A stretch of DNA of 64,000 bases, from the NCBI GenBank assembly GCA_043228905.1, contig JBHGNT010000002.1:7750001-7814000 (forward strand). Direction: 5' to 3'. The notes beneath the pieces were generated by a model. The model was not told the origin of the DNA, did not search any database, and was given only the letters and a program-made list of their open reading frames with translations. Source of the DNA: Azolla caroliniana (taxonomy: Eukaryota; Plantae; Polypodiophyta). The translations under genes were made by a program, and so were the position numbers. This document shows positions 51,670 through 64,000 of this stretch, piece after piece; the stretch's first letter is position 1, and each line of letters starts with the position of its first letter.

Positions 51670-52442
51670 GTTAGTAGACTTATGACATTGGTTTCACCAC
51701 GTGCATTGTTGACTACCAAATTTATGGAGAAATATGAATTAGTTAAAATTCAAGTTGATTTTGGTCAAAGTTTACCTTAACATAACATGGTCGTAGAATT
51801 GTTGCCATGATTGTCCATGTTGTTATTATGGATCTTTGTCTTCTATTGTTAAAACTATTATGTTTCTCTTCCATTGTTGCTTAGATTGCGTAGTGTGTTG
51901 ATAATGGTTCTACTAGCGTTATCCGCATGTTTTTATACGCTTGTAGTTCCACTAGCGTTATCATTCGAAGTTTGATCCCATGTGAATCACCTAAGCAATA
52001 GATTAGATCAATTTTAAATACAATTTTAAATACATTGTCCACAATTATATACATATGGTTTGATCGCATACGAACAAAATGTGGAATAGATTAGATCAAC
52101 TTTAAATACAAGTATTAAATACTTTAATAAGTTAGTTATTCCAATCACATTATCCTAAAGTGCACTATCCTACATTGTCCACAATTATATACATGCAAGT
52201 ATGGGTCAAAGTATAAATTATAACTCATTTTATTAGTATGGTTACAAGTACACCTCATATTTTTGTAAAACTTACCAAATTAATATAAGTCTTTAACTTA
52301 GTGTTTCCCATGTCGCACATTAGTGACATATTGAGTCCTTGTTGAACTTTATTATGCCTACATTAACTTATCAACATGTCCAAACTTGCATGATTTCTAA
52401 TGATCTCCACTCGTAGACCTATCATGTATTTTAATATTTGCA

Positions 52443-52876
52443 AATTCTAATCAAGTTGTGGAACATGTGATACTAGTGTATCCAATTTTTGTAGAGAGGG
52501 TATATTTGGATAGTTTCAAGAAGATTCTACAAGTGGAATGCACAATCCTTCCACTTGTGAATGCGAATGTGTTGGAAAGAAGACCCGAAAAAAGGGGATA
52601 TGTAAGAAGATAAAAGGAAGAGGAGGAAAGGAGGAGACGGAAGGAGGAAAATCGGTTCAAATTCTAATCAAGTTGTGGAACATGTGATACTAGTGTATCC
52701 AATTTTTGTAGAGAGGGTATATTTGGATAGTTTCAAGAAGATTCTACAAGTGGAATGCACAATCCTTCCACTTGTGAATGCGAACGTGTTGGAAAGAAGA
52801 CCCGAAAAAAGGGGATATGTAAGAAGATAAAAGGAAGAGGAGGAAAGGAGGAGACGAAAGGAGGAAAATTGGTTCA
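52443..52876. repeat. 217-bp tandem duplication spanning the right TIR and its flank
   Basis: The TIR end recurs at 52573 and 52790. CAAA microhomology at the junction. Confidence 0.9.
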
Positions 52877-53307
52877 AACTGTTAGGAATAGTACTGAGAC
52901 CGAGAAGAAATTAGTACTAAGAGAGGAATATTAGTACTAAGAGGAATAGAGGGTGTAGAACACTTGGGAGAAGGAGAGAGAGAGAGAGTCAGAGTCAGAG
53001 ATCAAGGGAGAGAAAATGATGATAACAACGATATATTATATGAGAAAAATTTACAAGGCTAGGAGGCTTAAGATTGGCGTTGAACCGATTTGGTTCGAGA
53101 TAATGCCTTGTGCTTCCTTTTATAGTATTCTCAAGAGTAGTCTTGAAACTTCTAGAATGTTCCAAAGAAATCTAGAATATACATTAATTTTCTATAGTAA
53201 AACTTAAATAAAAATAATATCCTACGTATTACAATAGATAGTGTAATGGTCAAGAGCTCGACCATGTAACATAAGGTCATGGGTTCGAGTCTTGCCGTAT
53301 CATGACA

Positions 53308-55248
53308 CATGATGCCTCTGAGGACGACGAAGGCCCATGCGGGCCAATTAGTTAAGAAGGGTGCTCCTTGGAGCGAAGCAACGTTACTAGAGGATACGGA
53401 CAAGGAGCACCAACGTTACTAGAGGATATGGAGGACACTGAACCAAAGAGAGCCAACATGGGTGTTGGGGAGATAGTGTACCTTACTAAAGGGGTACATA
53501 GAGCCGAATGGAACGAGATGTGTGCAATATGGTTGCATAAGAACCGAGTAACGAGCACGATCGCGACGGGGACTCGGAAAGAGATGGCTGCAAAGAGATA
53601 GTGTACCTTACTGAAGGGGTACATGGAGCCGAATGGAACGAGATGTGTGCAATATGGTTGCATAAGGACCGAGTAACGAGCACGATCGCGACGGGGACTC
53701 AGAAAGAGATGGCTGCAAAGAGATATTGTACCTTACTGAAGGGGTACATGGAGCCGAATGGAACGAGATGTGTGCAATATGGTTGCATAAGGACGGAGTA
53801 ACGAGCACGAAGGAGAACGATGGCGACGGGGAGCCGAAAGAAGGAGAGCCAACATGGGTGTTGGGGAGATAGTGTGCCTTACTGAAGGGGTACACAGAGC
53901 CGAATGGAACGAGATGTGTGTAATATGGTTGCATAAGGACGGAGTAACGAGCACGAAGGAGAACGATGGAGATGGGGAGCCGGAAGAAGTTTGGTGCTAG
54001 GCAGTGCCGAACCAAGGGAGCTGTCGGATTGAAACGAGCACAGACCAGGTGCATAAGGAACGGCTCCAACAAGTAGTCGAAGTGGTCGGGGGTCTGGACA
54101 AATGACAAGCATGGAGAATGAAGGAAAGTCGGGTCAAGTCGGAAACAACATTCAGGATGTTTGCTTAGACCAACCTGAAAGCATACGAGTGCTAACACCG
54201 GATCAGGTGGAGACGGAGGATCGAGGATGAGCACAAGTGAGCATGGTGGATCGGATGGAGCTGGTGGTTCAGGTGGAGAGGCCGGACGAGCTCAAAATGG
54301 GGAGTCGAGGACAACGACAAGGTTAGCGCGGTGGTCGGCAGTTCGGGACTGGAAGAGGCTAACACAACAGTCTAGTGCCAGATTAGCGGACGACCCAGTG
54401 GATCATCGTCACCGGAAATCTCTCATCTTCTTTCCTTTCTTGGCACATTGCAATAGATGTGCGGTTTGGTGGGGGTGGATGTCATGAAGATTTCCGGCAA
54501 TTGTGAGAAAAAGTGCATTGTCTGCACTTGTACATTTGAAAAGTGGCATTGTGTGCACCGTCACTAGAAGAGGGAAAAGTAGATCAGGCTAATTTGGCTA
54601 AATTGGCAAAGTGCATTGTGTGCACTTGATCACCGAAACAGGGAAAATTGAAGGGTGAAGAGGGTGCTAGTACAGTTAATAAGTGTCATAAGTGCACTTA
54701 CATACATTGTGGACTGCGAAGGTGAGGGCATTAAATGTACTTCTCCCATCACCACTCTGAAAATCATAGCAAGATAGATCCTCTAAAAAAGAGCAATATT
54801 TGTTCCACATTGTAACGTCCTTCCCTCCTTGTACAATAAAAGGAGGAAGGGGTCTCTTGTAAAAGGGTTCCCTGTTTTTGTTTTGTTCACCGTCTTGGTT
54901 TGGGGTTCCCTTTTGGGTTAGGTCTTCGTGTTTGTTTAGGGTTTAGGGTGCCCTCCAAATGTTCTGGTGCAGCTCTGTCTCTTGTGCAAGACCCCACTCG
55001 ATGCGATGAGCCCGAGAGCTCCCCGACTAGGGGCTTGGCTGTAGACAATTGCTACATCTATTATGTTTGGACCGGCTCAAAGTCAACATTGTAATTTGTT
55101 GCCATATATATGAATTTGTGGATATATATATGCTACATCCGGTGCAGCCGGTTCCAGAGAAAGTCGACCTCTCGGTATCCATCTCTTCTTGGTTTGTGAT
55201 CTCGGTGGTCTCGCCCGATCTGACACGCAAGTGCGGTTTTCCGCGACA
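53308..55248 (+). mobile_element. Family D 3' region with about 120-150-bp tandem repeats (53470-53970) and 3' LTR 54480-55248
   Basis: G-rich tract GGGGGGTGGA before TGTCATGAAG, LTR ends GCGACA, homologous to 25581-26291. Confidence 0.75.
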
Positions 55249-56423
55249 TCGTCTTGTCTGTCCATTGGATTGAGTATGATCCATGGAGCTCAAGCTCAAT
55301 GTAGTTACTAACTTCTTTAACACTTGTGTCCAAAAGTCACTAGTAAACTTTAGATCTCGATCACTCACGATATCCATCGGTTACCAGTAAAACCAAATTA
55401 ACTTATCAACGAATTGGTAAGCCAGTTCAAGAGCTGTTACCGTGGTTTTAGTAGCAATAAATTTGGCCATTTTAGTTAGTATATCAACCACAACCTAGAT
55501 GGCATCATGGCCTTTTTGGGTGCAAGGAAGACTAATAATAAAATCCATGGATATACTTTCCCATGTATTTTTAGGATTTTCCAGGGGATGTAAAAGCCCA
55601 ACGTCTTTAAGTCGGTCAGCTTTGTTAACTTGACACTGGTGACACTTAGACACATAGCTATGTATTTCAGGACACATCTTAGGCCAATATAATTGAGTGG
55701 AGATGAGAACAAGTGTGTAATGTATTCTAGGGTGCCCTGCTGAGGGGGCATCATGGCATTGAAAAAGAATTCTCTTTTTTATCTCAGGTAAATCTGGACA
55801 CAAACCTTCCCATTACCATAGACCTAATCGTTCGGAATGTGGAAGGAGTCCTTCAAGGTTGTGGTGATGTCTATTCTAGACTCAACTCTCGCCTAGTATT
55901 TTCCAAAATAACTATCATTAGGATACTTTCCTCAAAGGTTATCATAAAGATTTGAAGTTAAGCATGTTAACTTCACAGATGTGACTCAGTGCATCAACGA
56001 AAATGATTATGAAACCTTTACACTATCATATGGTAAAATGAAAGTCCTCGATGAGATCTGCATATCGTGCCTTACGACCCTTGAGCTCTTGTTGGTCACA
56101 AAAATATTTCAAGGCTCCTTCGTCGTAGTTACCACAAAATGATTTCCATAAAGATAATGGCACCATGGCTTTAGCGCATGGATAACTGCAAATAACTCAT
56201 TTTCTTGAACGGTATACTCACATTGAGCAGAATCAAGTTTATTAATCTTAAATGTTGTTGGTTTACCATCTTAATATCGGAAAAAACCAATAGCATAATA
56301 ACTTGCCTCAGTTTCAACTTGAAAAGGGTTTGAAGGATCTGGTAAAAGAAGTGAAGGAGCGTTGGACACCTGGTCCTGAAGTTCCTTAAAGGCAAGGTCT
56401 AGGGTTGCATTCCATACTACCGG
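55249..56423 (-). pseudogene. Highly degenerate Gypsy RH-INT fragment
   Basis: CHDAPSAGHP..CHQCQ..WESISMDFI and DIVSDRDLKFTSDFW. Confidence 0.8.
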
Positions 56424-57565
56424 TGTTGTGGTATTCCGCGAGTACGTGTAAGATCTTAGGCGGGACCGCAGGGGTCTTGGACTAGGGACTAGAGGGTGAA
56501 TGGAAGCTTAGCCCGAGAGGAGAGGAGAAAGAATAGGACATAAACATAGAATGGATGGAGGCAAGATACACAAATGAGTTATATTAAGAAACACCAAAGG
56601 CTTTACAACCATGGCCGCAAAGGCCAAACAAAAACACTATATGGAACCCTAACTGGATAAGTAAAGTAAAGAAGATGATGAAGAAGAAACCCTTAGCGAA
56701 ACCCTAAACCCGAAATGGTATGAAGAAGAAGAAGAATAGTAAAACCCTAGACAAAACCCTAAAACCAAAATAGAAACTCTCCACCTAAGTGGTATACTTC
56801 TCTCACTCAAAATAGGCAACCCGTTCACAAGAGACTCCTCCCTTCCTTTTAGAGCCTAGGGAGGGAGGGACATTACAATGTGGGATAAAGTCTCCCCCTT
56901 ATTCTATACACCATTTTCCTACTATATATGTGCACATGTTGCACATTGCCGACTTGCCCATTCCATCCCGATTTCACACCAAAGCCGGAAATCTTCACGA
57001 CATCCACCTGCACCAAACCGCACATCCACTGGTATGTGCCATGGAAGGAAAAGGTGAGATATTTCGACGATGGTGATCAACCGGGTTCTTCGCCGTCCCG
57101 GCAACCGACCGCCTTGCGGGCTCTTACCAACCCCGATCCGTCGACTTTCGGGAGCTCGCCTCCGCGGCTATCCTTGTTGACCTTGCTCGATTTCATCTTC
57201 CATTTCCAGCATGCCCATCCCTTCCATACAAACCATTGTATCCTCCCGTTTCGCCGTATCCGCCGCACGTCCCCGAACCATTGGCTCCATCCTATCTGCC
57301 ATATCCGATGCTCACACCTTCTTCCCCGATTGGTCCTCCCAGACACTGTTGCCGATCCAGTCGCTCCTCCTTTGTCCGTCGCGTATGCCCTCCGATTAGG
57401 CCCCCGGTCACTTCAGTTGTACACTGGATTCCGCGCCTCGCGTATCGCGTGTGTCCCTCCTTTGGTTTGACCGTGTCCTCGTCCCGAGCACCTCGGTGTG
57501 TCGTCTCTCTCTGTTCCAGACTTGCCTTCCGTGGGCTCTCCGTTGATGTCGTCCTCCAAATACAT
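56424..57565 (-). mobile_element. Family D-related 3' region and 3' LTR (56424-57002)
   Basis: The minus strand reads GGTGGA-TGTCGTGAAGATTTCCGGC like 54480 and shares the CCCACATTGTAA promoter block. Confidence 0.7.
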
Positions 57566-60500
57566 TGTCGTGCCTTTCGGCTCTGGATCGTTGCGCGAGT
57601 CGGGTGGGAACCGCTGGGGTTTTGGACTAGGAGGAAAGAAAATTCTAAGGCAATTAAGAATATGAAATATATTGTAAGAAAGAAAGATATGAAAAACTCG
57701 TGAATTCCATGATTATATTATATTATATTAATCAACCCTTCTAAAATAATCAACAACCTCTATACATCTTTCTCTCTTCCTTATATAGTGTTGGAAGAGT
57801 CTAAGTTTATCACATGCAAGCATCATGCTTTTTCCTATCTTTAGTTTTCATGCACACTGCATGTGCATGATTAGCTTTCTATCTCATCTTTTCTTTTTAA
57901 CTCGAGTGTCTATGCATGAATAACTTTTTGTACCATGCATGTCTAGAATATTTACATGGGATAAAGTTTAGTATAACTTTAAAATTCATAATACGCTAGT
58001 ATAATGCTAATGCTTAACATTATTAACATGGAGGTGCAAGGTTCAAATCTTGCCCTATGCATGTAATATATAATTTTATACTTTCTTCTATTTATAAATA
58101 TGTCTCTTCATCTGGTGAGAACTTCTCACCGGCTTCTTCATTCGGCTCTTGCCGGTTCTACTTCATCCGGTTCTTACTGGGTACTCCATATCCTATCCGG
58201 AGAAACCAAAAATGTAAATTTTCACGTAGTGTGCAAATTACACTACGACACTCGCCCCCTCCGAAACCGCACATCCTCCGGTATGTGCCGAAGTCCCCGA
58301 TGCTTGCTATTCACCTTCATCCGAAGCTTCCTCCAATTCTCCCCTTAAGTCGACTATGAGTTGTAATCCACTTTCCTCGCTTTCCGCATCACCGCGATCT
58401 TCGTCCGATTGCTCCTTCTTGTCGGTCTTGTCTAGCATCGCATAGGATTCTTCTTCAGTCCACTTCTTGAAAATCTTCACCCGTTTCCCGGCTATAGGCA
58501 CTCGTAGCATCGTTCCATCCAACTCGCATAGTCGGTAAGTTCCGTTGTCGAAAACTTTCCGAACCTCGTATGGCCCAAACCACCTTTTCGCGAACTTCCA
58601 CATCGTTGTATGTTGATGATCCAAACTACTGTCGTAGACAATCACCCAATCTCCTTCTTCAATCTTCCGCGGTTGTAGTCGGTGCTTTGTGTCGAACCGG
58701 CTTTTGTTCTGGAATTGCGCTTCTTGTTGTCAGCGTATTGCTTCCGCTATGTCTTCCGGTCTTCCCTCTAGTTGTCGTATCCGGACCATCAGTAGTTCTT
58801 CCCGGCTCATCTATTCCTTCCACGATAGCACTGTCCATGTCGCGATTGCAGTTTCCGTTAGCATTACGAGTGCTTGTCCGGTCATGAATTCTGCCGGCAT
58901 GTAACCGGTTACGGAGCTATGCGTCGTCCGATCCGCCCATAGTGCATATGGAAGCATCTGTGGCCAATCCTTCACCCTTCCATCGCATGCCTTCGCAAGT
59001 GCTTTGACAATCGGACTATGTCCTCGTTCTATCTTCCCGTTGGCTTCCGGATTGTATGTCGTTGTCAGTGTTAACCGAACTCCATGTTTAGTGAAGAATT
59101 CCTTAGCTTTATCAGAGTCGAGTTCTCCCCGATTCGCAATCACTTGTCCTACGCACCCGTACCTGCAAAACACTTCTTCCAAAAGGAATTGGCATACCGT
59201 GGAATATGTTTTCCTCCGTAGCGCCCGACCTTCTACTTGGTTTGTGAGATCTTCCTGAGCTAACACCAAGTACTTCTTTTGTCCGATCCCGGTTGGCATG
59301 GCTACAATATCGACCATCCATTTGAAGTTGATTGTTGGTGAGAATGTCGGATGTAACTCATCTCCGTGTCGAACTCCGGAGTAATTTTGACACTTCTCGT
59401 AGCTTTCCGTGAACTCCGCTATATCTTTGTACATGTTCTTCCACCAATATTTTTGTTTGATTTTCACAAAAGTTGCCCATGTTCCTCGATGTCCAGCCCA
59501 ATCGGATTCGTGAAATTCGGACATTATCCGGTTTCGTTGCTCTTTCGTCCCGACTACTCGAAGTGGTATGCCATCCGGTCTTTTCGGCTCCCTCCATAGT
59601 AATCCATTTTTTAAGAAGAACATTCAGACTTGCCACTTCTTACTTCGGATCTCGGCTCTCTTCTCTTTATTGTCCGATGATTCCTCGATTTCTTGTAGCA
59701 CTTTCCCAATCAGCAAGCTTTCTCCCTCGTATTCTTCTTCCCAGAATTCTCGGATTACGTTCACCCGGCATATGTGCTCCGAAGCAAAGTAGTCTTCGGA
59801 AACTTCTTCATTATCAGATTCGGTTATGTTATCTCCGAACCGCGCCCTTGATAACATATCCGCTACCGTGTTTTCTTTTCCGGAGATGTGTCGTACCTCC
59901 GGATTAAGCGACTTAACATATGCAATCCATCTTAGCATAGCCACATCCGGTATCGTGCAACACCGCATCATCCCGAGTATCAGAAGACAATCCGTTTCGA
60001 TCACTACTTCGGATCCGATCAAATAATCTCGATTTGATTTGATTGCCAACACGACTCCCCATAATTCTCTTTTAACTTGTGCATATCCGCGTTGCCTTTC
60101 GTTGAGAACCTTTGCTCCGAATCGGATCAGATATCGCGAACCTTCCGGAACGGCTTGATTGATGACCCATCCGATTCCGGTTGGACTTGTGTCAACCGTT
60201 ACTATGATCGGTCGGTCATAGTTCGGCTTCTTTAGTGCTTTTGCCCTCCGTAGTGATTTCTTGAGCTTCTTCACGGCTTTGGTATGCTCCAGTTTCCATT
60301 CAAACTTCTTACCCTTCCGCAACAAGTGATAGAGTGGGTCCACTATATGCGCATAGTGCGGAATCCATATGTGATAGAATGCACATGCTCCAAGAAACCT
60401 TCGAACTTCGGATTGTGACTCACATACTTCTTTCATAGCTTGAATCGCGTCGATCTTGGTTGGTGATGGTCTTCGGCCGTAGGGCCCACATAGATGTTGG

Positions 60501-63500
60501 ACTACCAATATTTCTTCTTGCCCGAATGCCGATATCTCACCGGAAAGTGTTAGGTGCACATCTTCTAACTTTCGAAGCACTTTCTCGGAATCGCAAATAT
60601 GGTCAACTACGAACTTTCAACATCCCCGATCATCCATTCATCTTTTTCTTCTACCGTGCATCCTTTCACTGGAATGTCATCTAGGAATGACATCGTTATC
60701 TCCGGAATGCAGTCTCGAAGCACCTTGTTCATCGCATTCATCATATGTGCGACCGAGTTCGTCGCGCCTTGTGGTAGCGTACACATCCGGACTAATCCTA
60801 TCGGTGTCCGCATGGTAGTGATGTCTCGGCTCTTCACAACTAGTTGGAATTGGTCACATCCGAATTATAGGTCTCCGATGGAGTATATCGCGCGACTGGC
60901 AAATGCTTCCGCAAATTCGTCCACTATTGGACCGACTCCGGAGTTCCGGATCGTGACCTTGTTCACCGGTTGCAAATCTTGAATAAATCGGAGTGACCCA
61001 TTCTTCTTCGGAACCGTAAACCATCGATTTGAGTATGGATCATTTGATGGCTCTAGAATCCCCATCACCACCTTCTCCTTGAGCAAGTCGATGATTTTCG
61101 GAATATGCGCCCGTGGCAGTGGAATCGGCTTTAGGTTCCACGGCACATGGTCAATCGTGAAGATCACCATCGGCTCCACTATCTTCGGGTCAGCGCATCC
61201 TATTTATTTTGATGTAAATGCAAATGCTCTCCCATGTCGCTCTAGCATCCCACGGGATCGTTCTTCTTCATTCTTTAATAGGAACCCACCTCCACCGATC
61301 CGAAGTTTCTTCCGGGTCTTATCCGTGAAGGCATGTCCGATTTCCATGGACTTCCGAAGTGTCGGATCCCCTGAGACTTCTTTCCTCTTTTGTTCGCTAT
61401 CTGCGGGTAACGGTACCGCGGCCGGTTTCACTTTCTTCTCCACGGTCTTGTATTTCGTACTTACCATTGCTTCTTCTTTGTGGAGTGCATCAGGCCCCAT
61501 TTTCACAATGATCTCGTACATCTCGACCAATGTATCTTCCGCGAGCTCTTCAAGTTGTTGTAGTGTACTCCCATAGAACACTTCTTTGACTATTCCCACG
61601 ATTTCTTCGTCTTCTTTTATTATTGATGCCGACCGTAACTTATCCTCTACTTTTCGGTATTCTTTCTTCATTCCTCTGGTTACGGCTGTGTACGTGGATG
61701 CCCCATCCAGACCGATTCGTACTTGTTTTGCACCAAGAGGTTTCTTCCGGTGTGGGGTATCAGGGCTTCTCGGACTATCACTTCCCCACTCCGCAACAGT
61801 CCGCTCTAAAAATCCATTCTTGTTTGGACAAGAGCTCTCTCTTGTTCCTTTCATGATTTGCCGGCACTGTTAGGAATTGGACGGATTTCCCTCCGTTTTG
61901 CCTCCGAATTCGTGCAAAAGCCGCACCACTATCGAGCACCTTCGTCTCCATCCATGATGCTGTGACAAAGGGTTGCCCGAGGATCACGGAGTGTGAGACC
62001 TCGTCTTGTACGAAGAAATTTTGGTCGATCTCGACATCCCGGATCTTCACTGTCACATCTGGACAAGCCGCAGATAGATCTTCCGTTGCTTTAGTGGCCG
62101 CCCTGATCTGCCATCCATGATTGGTGTTAATAGGCCACTTCCCATTCCGGTAGAGCTCTTTGGACATCAAATTGATCCCCGATCCGTGATCAATCAATGC
62201 TAGCACGGTGTCGTTAAGAATTTCGGCTAGAGGTGGAAACCGGGAACATTGGCTACATCGGCAGGGTGCAGCGTGTGTACGCACCCATGTATATTCAGTG
62301 TGAATATCGAGGGCGCCTTTATGGCGCCGAAGAGTAGTCAAGTCGGGACAGACGATCCCATGTAAGTCGGGATTTATCCCACATTGTAACGCACCCCTCT
62401 CCTTGTTCTATAAAAGGAAGGGAACGCCCTTTGTGAAAGGGTTGCCCATTTTGCATTAGAGGGTACACCGTTAGGTTTAGAGTTAGTTTCTTCTTCTTCT
62501 TCTTCTTCTCCTTCGTGTTCGCTTAGGGTTTGCTTCAACTCATCTCCTGCGCAAGACCCCGCTCGGCGCGACAAGCCCGTGAGCTCCCCGATGGCGGCTT
62601 GGTAGCTGACGACTACTGTAACCTGCCTTGGAACGGCTCGAAGCCGGGAATGTATTCTTCTGTTTATATATATACATTTGCGTCTGTCTGCATATTCGCG
62701 TCTCTGTCGGTGTCGGGTGCTTCCCCTTTTCTGCGTTTCCTGTACATAAGGGCATGAGTCGTGTCGGCATGTGTGTGTATGTGCGTGTGTGTGCGTGAGT
62801 CGGTGTTAAGCGCGCTCTCTCTCTCTTTCTCTCTCTCCCTTCGGTCGCTTCCGGTGTTCTTCTAGGGTCCTTGGAAACGGTGAAGCACGACTTCCTACAC
62901 TCCGTCACTCCCTGGTCCAAGACCCCCGTGGTCCCGCCTTTCTCCACGCACGCGCGTAACAACGTGACAACGGGCTCTTTGATGTTGCCAATTCGGACCA
63001 GAGTCTCCGTAGTTGCACGCGCCCAGTGTGGCTTTGTATAGTGGGAATTCGGAAACTCGTCCTCCACTTCCATGTCGTTCATCAGAACAGTATTTGCATT
63101 CACAATCGGCGCATTTTCCTCCGTAGTTTGTCTTTTTCTTTTTACGAGATCCACAAGAAGATCATGGAACTCTTTTTTTGCTATTCCGACTAGTTCCCGA
63201 AGCGAAAAATCTACCCGGTTATCAAGGATTCTCTCCTCGAACACTTTGTTCAAGTCCGTTTGTTGTTCGATGTCCAAGGCAAGCTTGAATGCCGGAATCG
63301 TTTTTCCTTTCCCTCTTCCGTCGGAGTTCCAGCTCTTCGGTGTGCTCGATGGTCCAGCCGCATCCTCCGTGCGTTGCCGTTTGTCGTCCACATATACCTC
63401 ATGTAATTGACATAGGGCGTATACGCTATTCTTATCGACGGGGCACTCCCATCCCGTAGCTTCCCGAATGCCTTCCGCGGTGCTTCATATCTTGTCAGAG

Positions 63501-64000
63501 TCGGTTTTCTCGGTGTTTTCTAGCACTTCCAGCCAAAAAGACACCTTTGCTCCCAATGACTCCCCGACACGTATTCCCGCAGTTGTCGCATAATTGCTCT
63601 TCGCCGCTATTTCCTCCTCTATGACCTTCTTCATGCCTCCTTTTTGGAAGTTCCGTTGGAGCGGCTTCCGAGAGTCCATCGAATGAATCCAATTTCCCTC
63701 GTAGTAGATCAGATCTTGTCGTAGCGCTTCCTTGTGCTCGTCACAATCCCTCCGATCATGTTCGTCGACGTTCCATATACTTGGAACTTGTGGGACGGTC
63801 ATCCGACTTCTTCACCATCGCGATTTTTAGATTCTCCATCTCCTTCAGCAACTGCTCCACCGTAGTTGCGTCGATTCCCTTCTCAGTCATAGCTTCCCGA
63901 GCCCGCGGTTGATGGTCTTCCGATCCGGATCTCGGTTTCGGAATTGGTTCCGAAACCGTCTTTTCTTCGTTTGCAAGCCATTTCCCCCTCTTTTTGTATC
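57566..64000 (-). mobile_element. Second family A Gypsy element (gag-PR-RT-RH-INT, 3' LTR 57566-58250), running off the window
   Basis: ORFs 58811-59623, 59624-60580, 60607-61179 and 61204-62200, plus gag 62970-64000. PPT GGAGGGGGCGAG. Near-identical to 241-11203. Confidence 0.92.
62209..62969 (+). mobile_element. Solo LTR (family B/D lineage) in the family A protease, 4-bp TSD ACGG
   Basis: TGTCG..TGACA ends. Removing it restores EPVLALIDHG. Confidence 0.88.

Larger units (their letters stand above)
34987..52573. mobile_element. Large TIR DNA transposon (Sola/DUF7869-like) carrying a transposase and a ParB-like/N6-N4 DNA methyltransferase gene
   Basis: About 32-bp TIRs A(A/C)CACGTTCGCGTTCACAAGTGGAAGGATTG, 4-bp TSD GGAA (34983-34986 / 52574-52577), two divergent genes inside. 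Confidence 0.85.
28792..53307 (-). mobile_element. Tcn1-like chromovirus E, heavily disrupted (3' LTR 28792-29216; 5' LTR 52880-53307)
   Basis: Chromodomain/INT 29217-30310, RH/RT/PR 31903-33360, gag 33776-34918. The leader is split by the DNA transposon at the GGAA TSD. Outer flanks do not form a TSD (CGGGG vs CATGA). Confidence 0.8.

Noticed and set aside
53236-53300. Genuine tRNA gene
   Set aside because: No convincing acceptor or anticodon stems, and it is part of a multi-copy LTR. Kept only as an A/B-box-like motif.
56640-56770. Telomere-like AAACCCT repeats
   Set aside because: Scattered single motifs within an LTR, not an array.
241-60760. One giant inverted duplication bounding the window
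   Set aside because: Better explained as two independent family A copies: they differ by substitutions, indels and nested inserts, and their flanks beyond the LTR are unrelated.
62540-63391. 283-aa ORF as a novel gene
   Set aside because: It is gag-protease sequence reading through into the inserted solo LTR.

Overview
Eukaryotic, almost entirely transposon-derived 64-kb block, most likely heterochromatin of a non-seed land plant (inferred from the Tcn1-like, Tat-like and fungal-type Ty3/Gypsy lineages). I found no host gene. Most of the window is nested LTR retrotransposons: one very young, intact Tat-like element (2307-9313), Tcn1-like chromoviruses, a tRNA-Trp-primed Gypsy lineage, two Copia elements and several solo LTRs. 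The main finding is a 17.6-kb TIR DNA transposon (34987-52573, 4-bp GGAA TSD, about 10 kb once nested inserts are removed). It carries a Sola/DUF7869-like DDD transposase and, divergently, a spliced gene fusing a ParB-like domain to a prokaryotic beta-class N6-adenine/N4-cytosine DNA methyltransferase. This copy is pseudogenised, and the right end of a second copy lies at 1-240. Secondary findings are a non-coding LTR element with tRNA-complementary sites at both internal ends and no PPT, a palindromic minisatellite, a Tf1-type self-priming site, a -1 frameshift signal and tRNA-like A/B boxes in two LTR families. All alignments were made by eye and family names come from motif recognition, not database searches.
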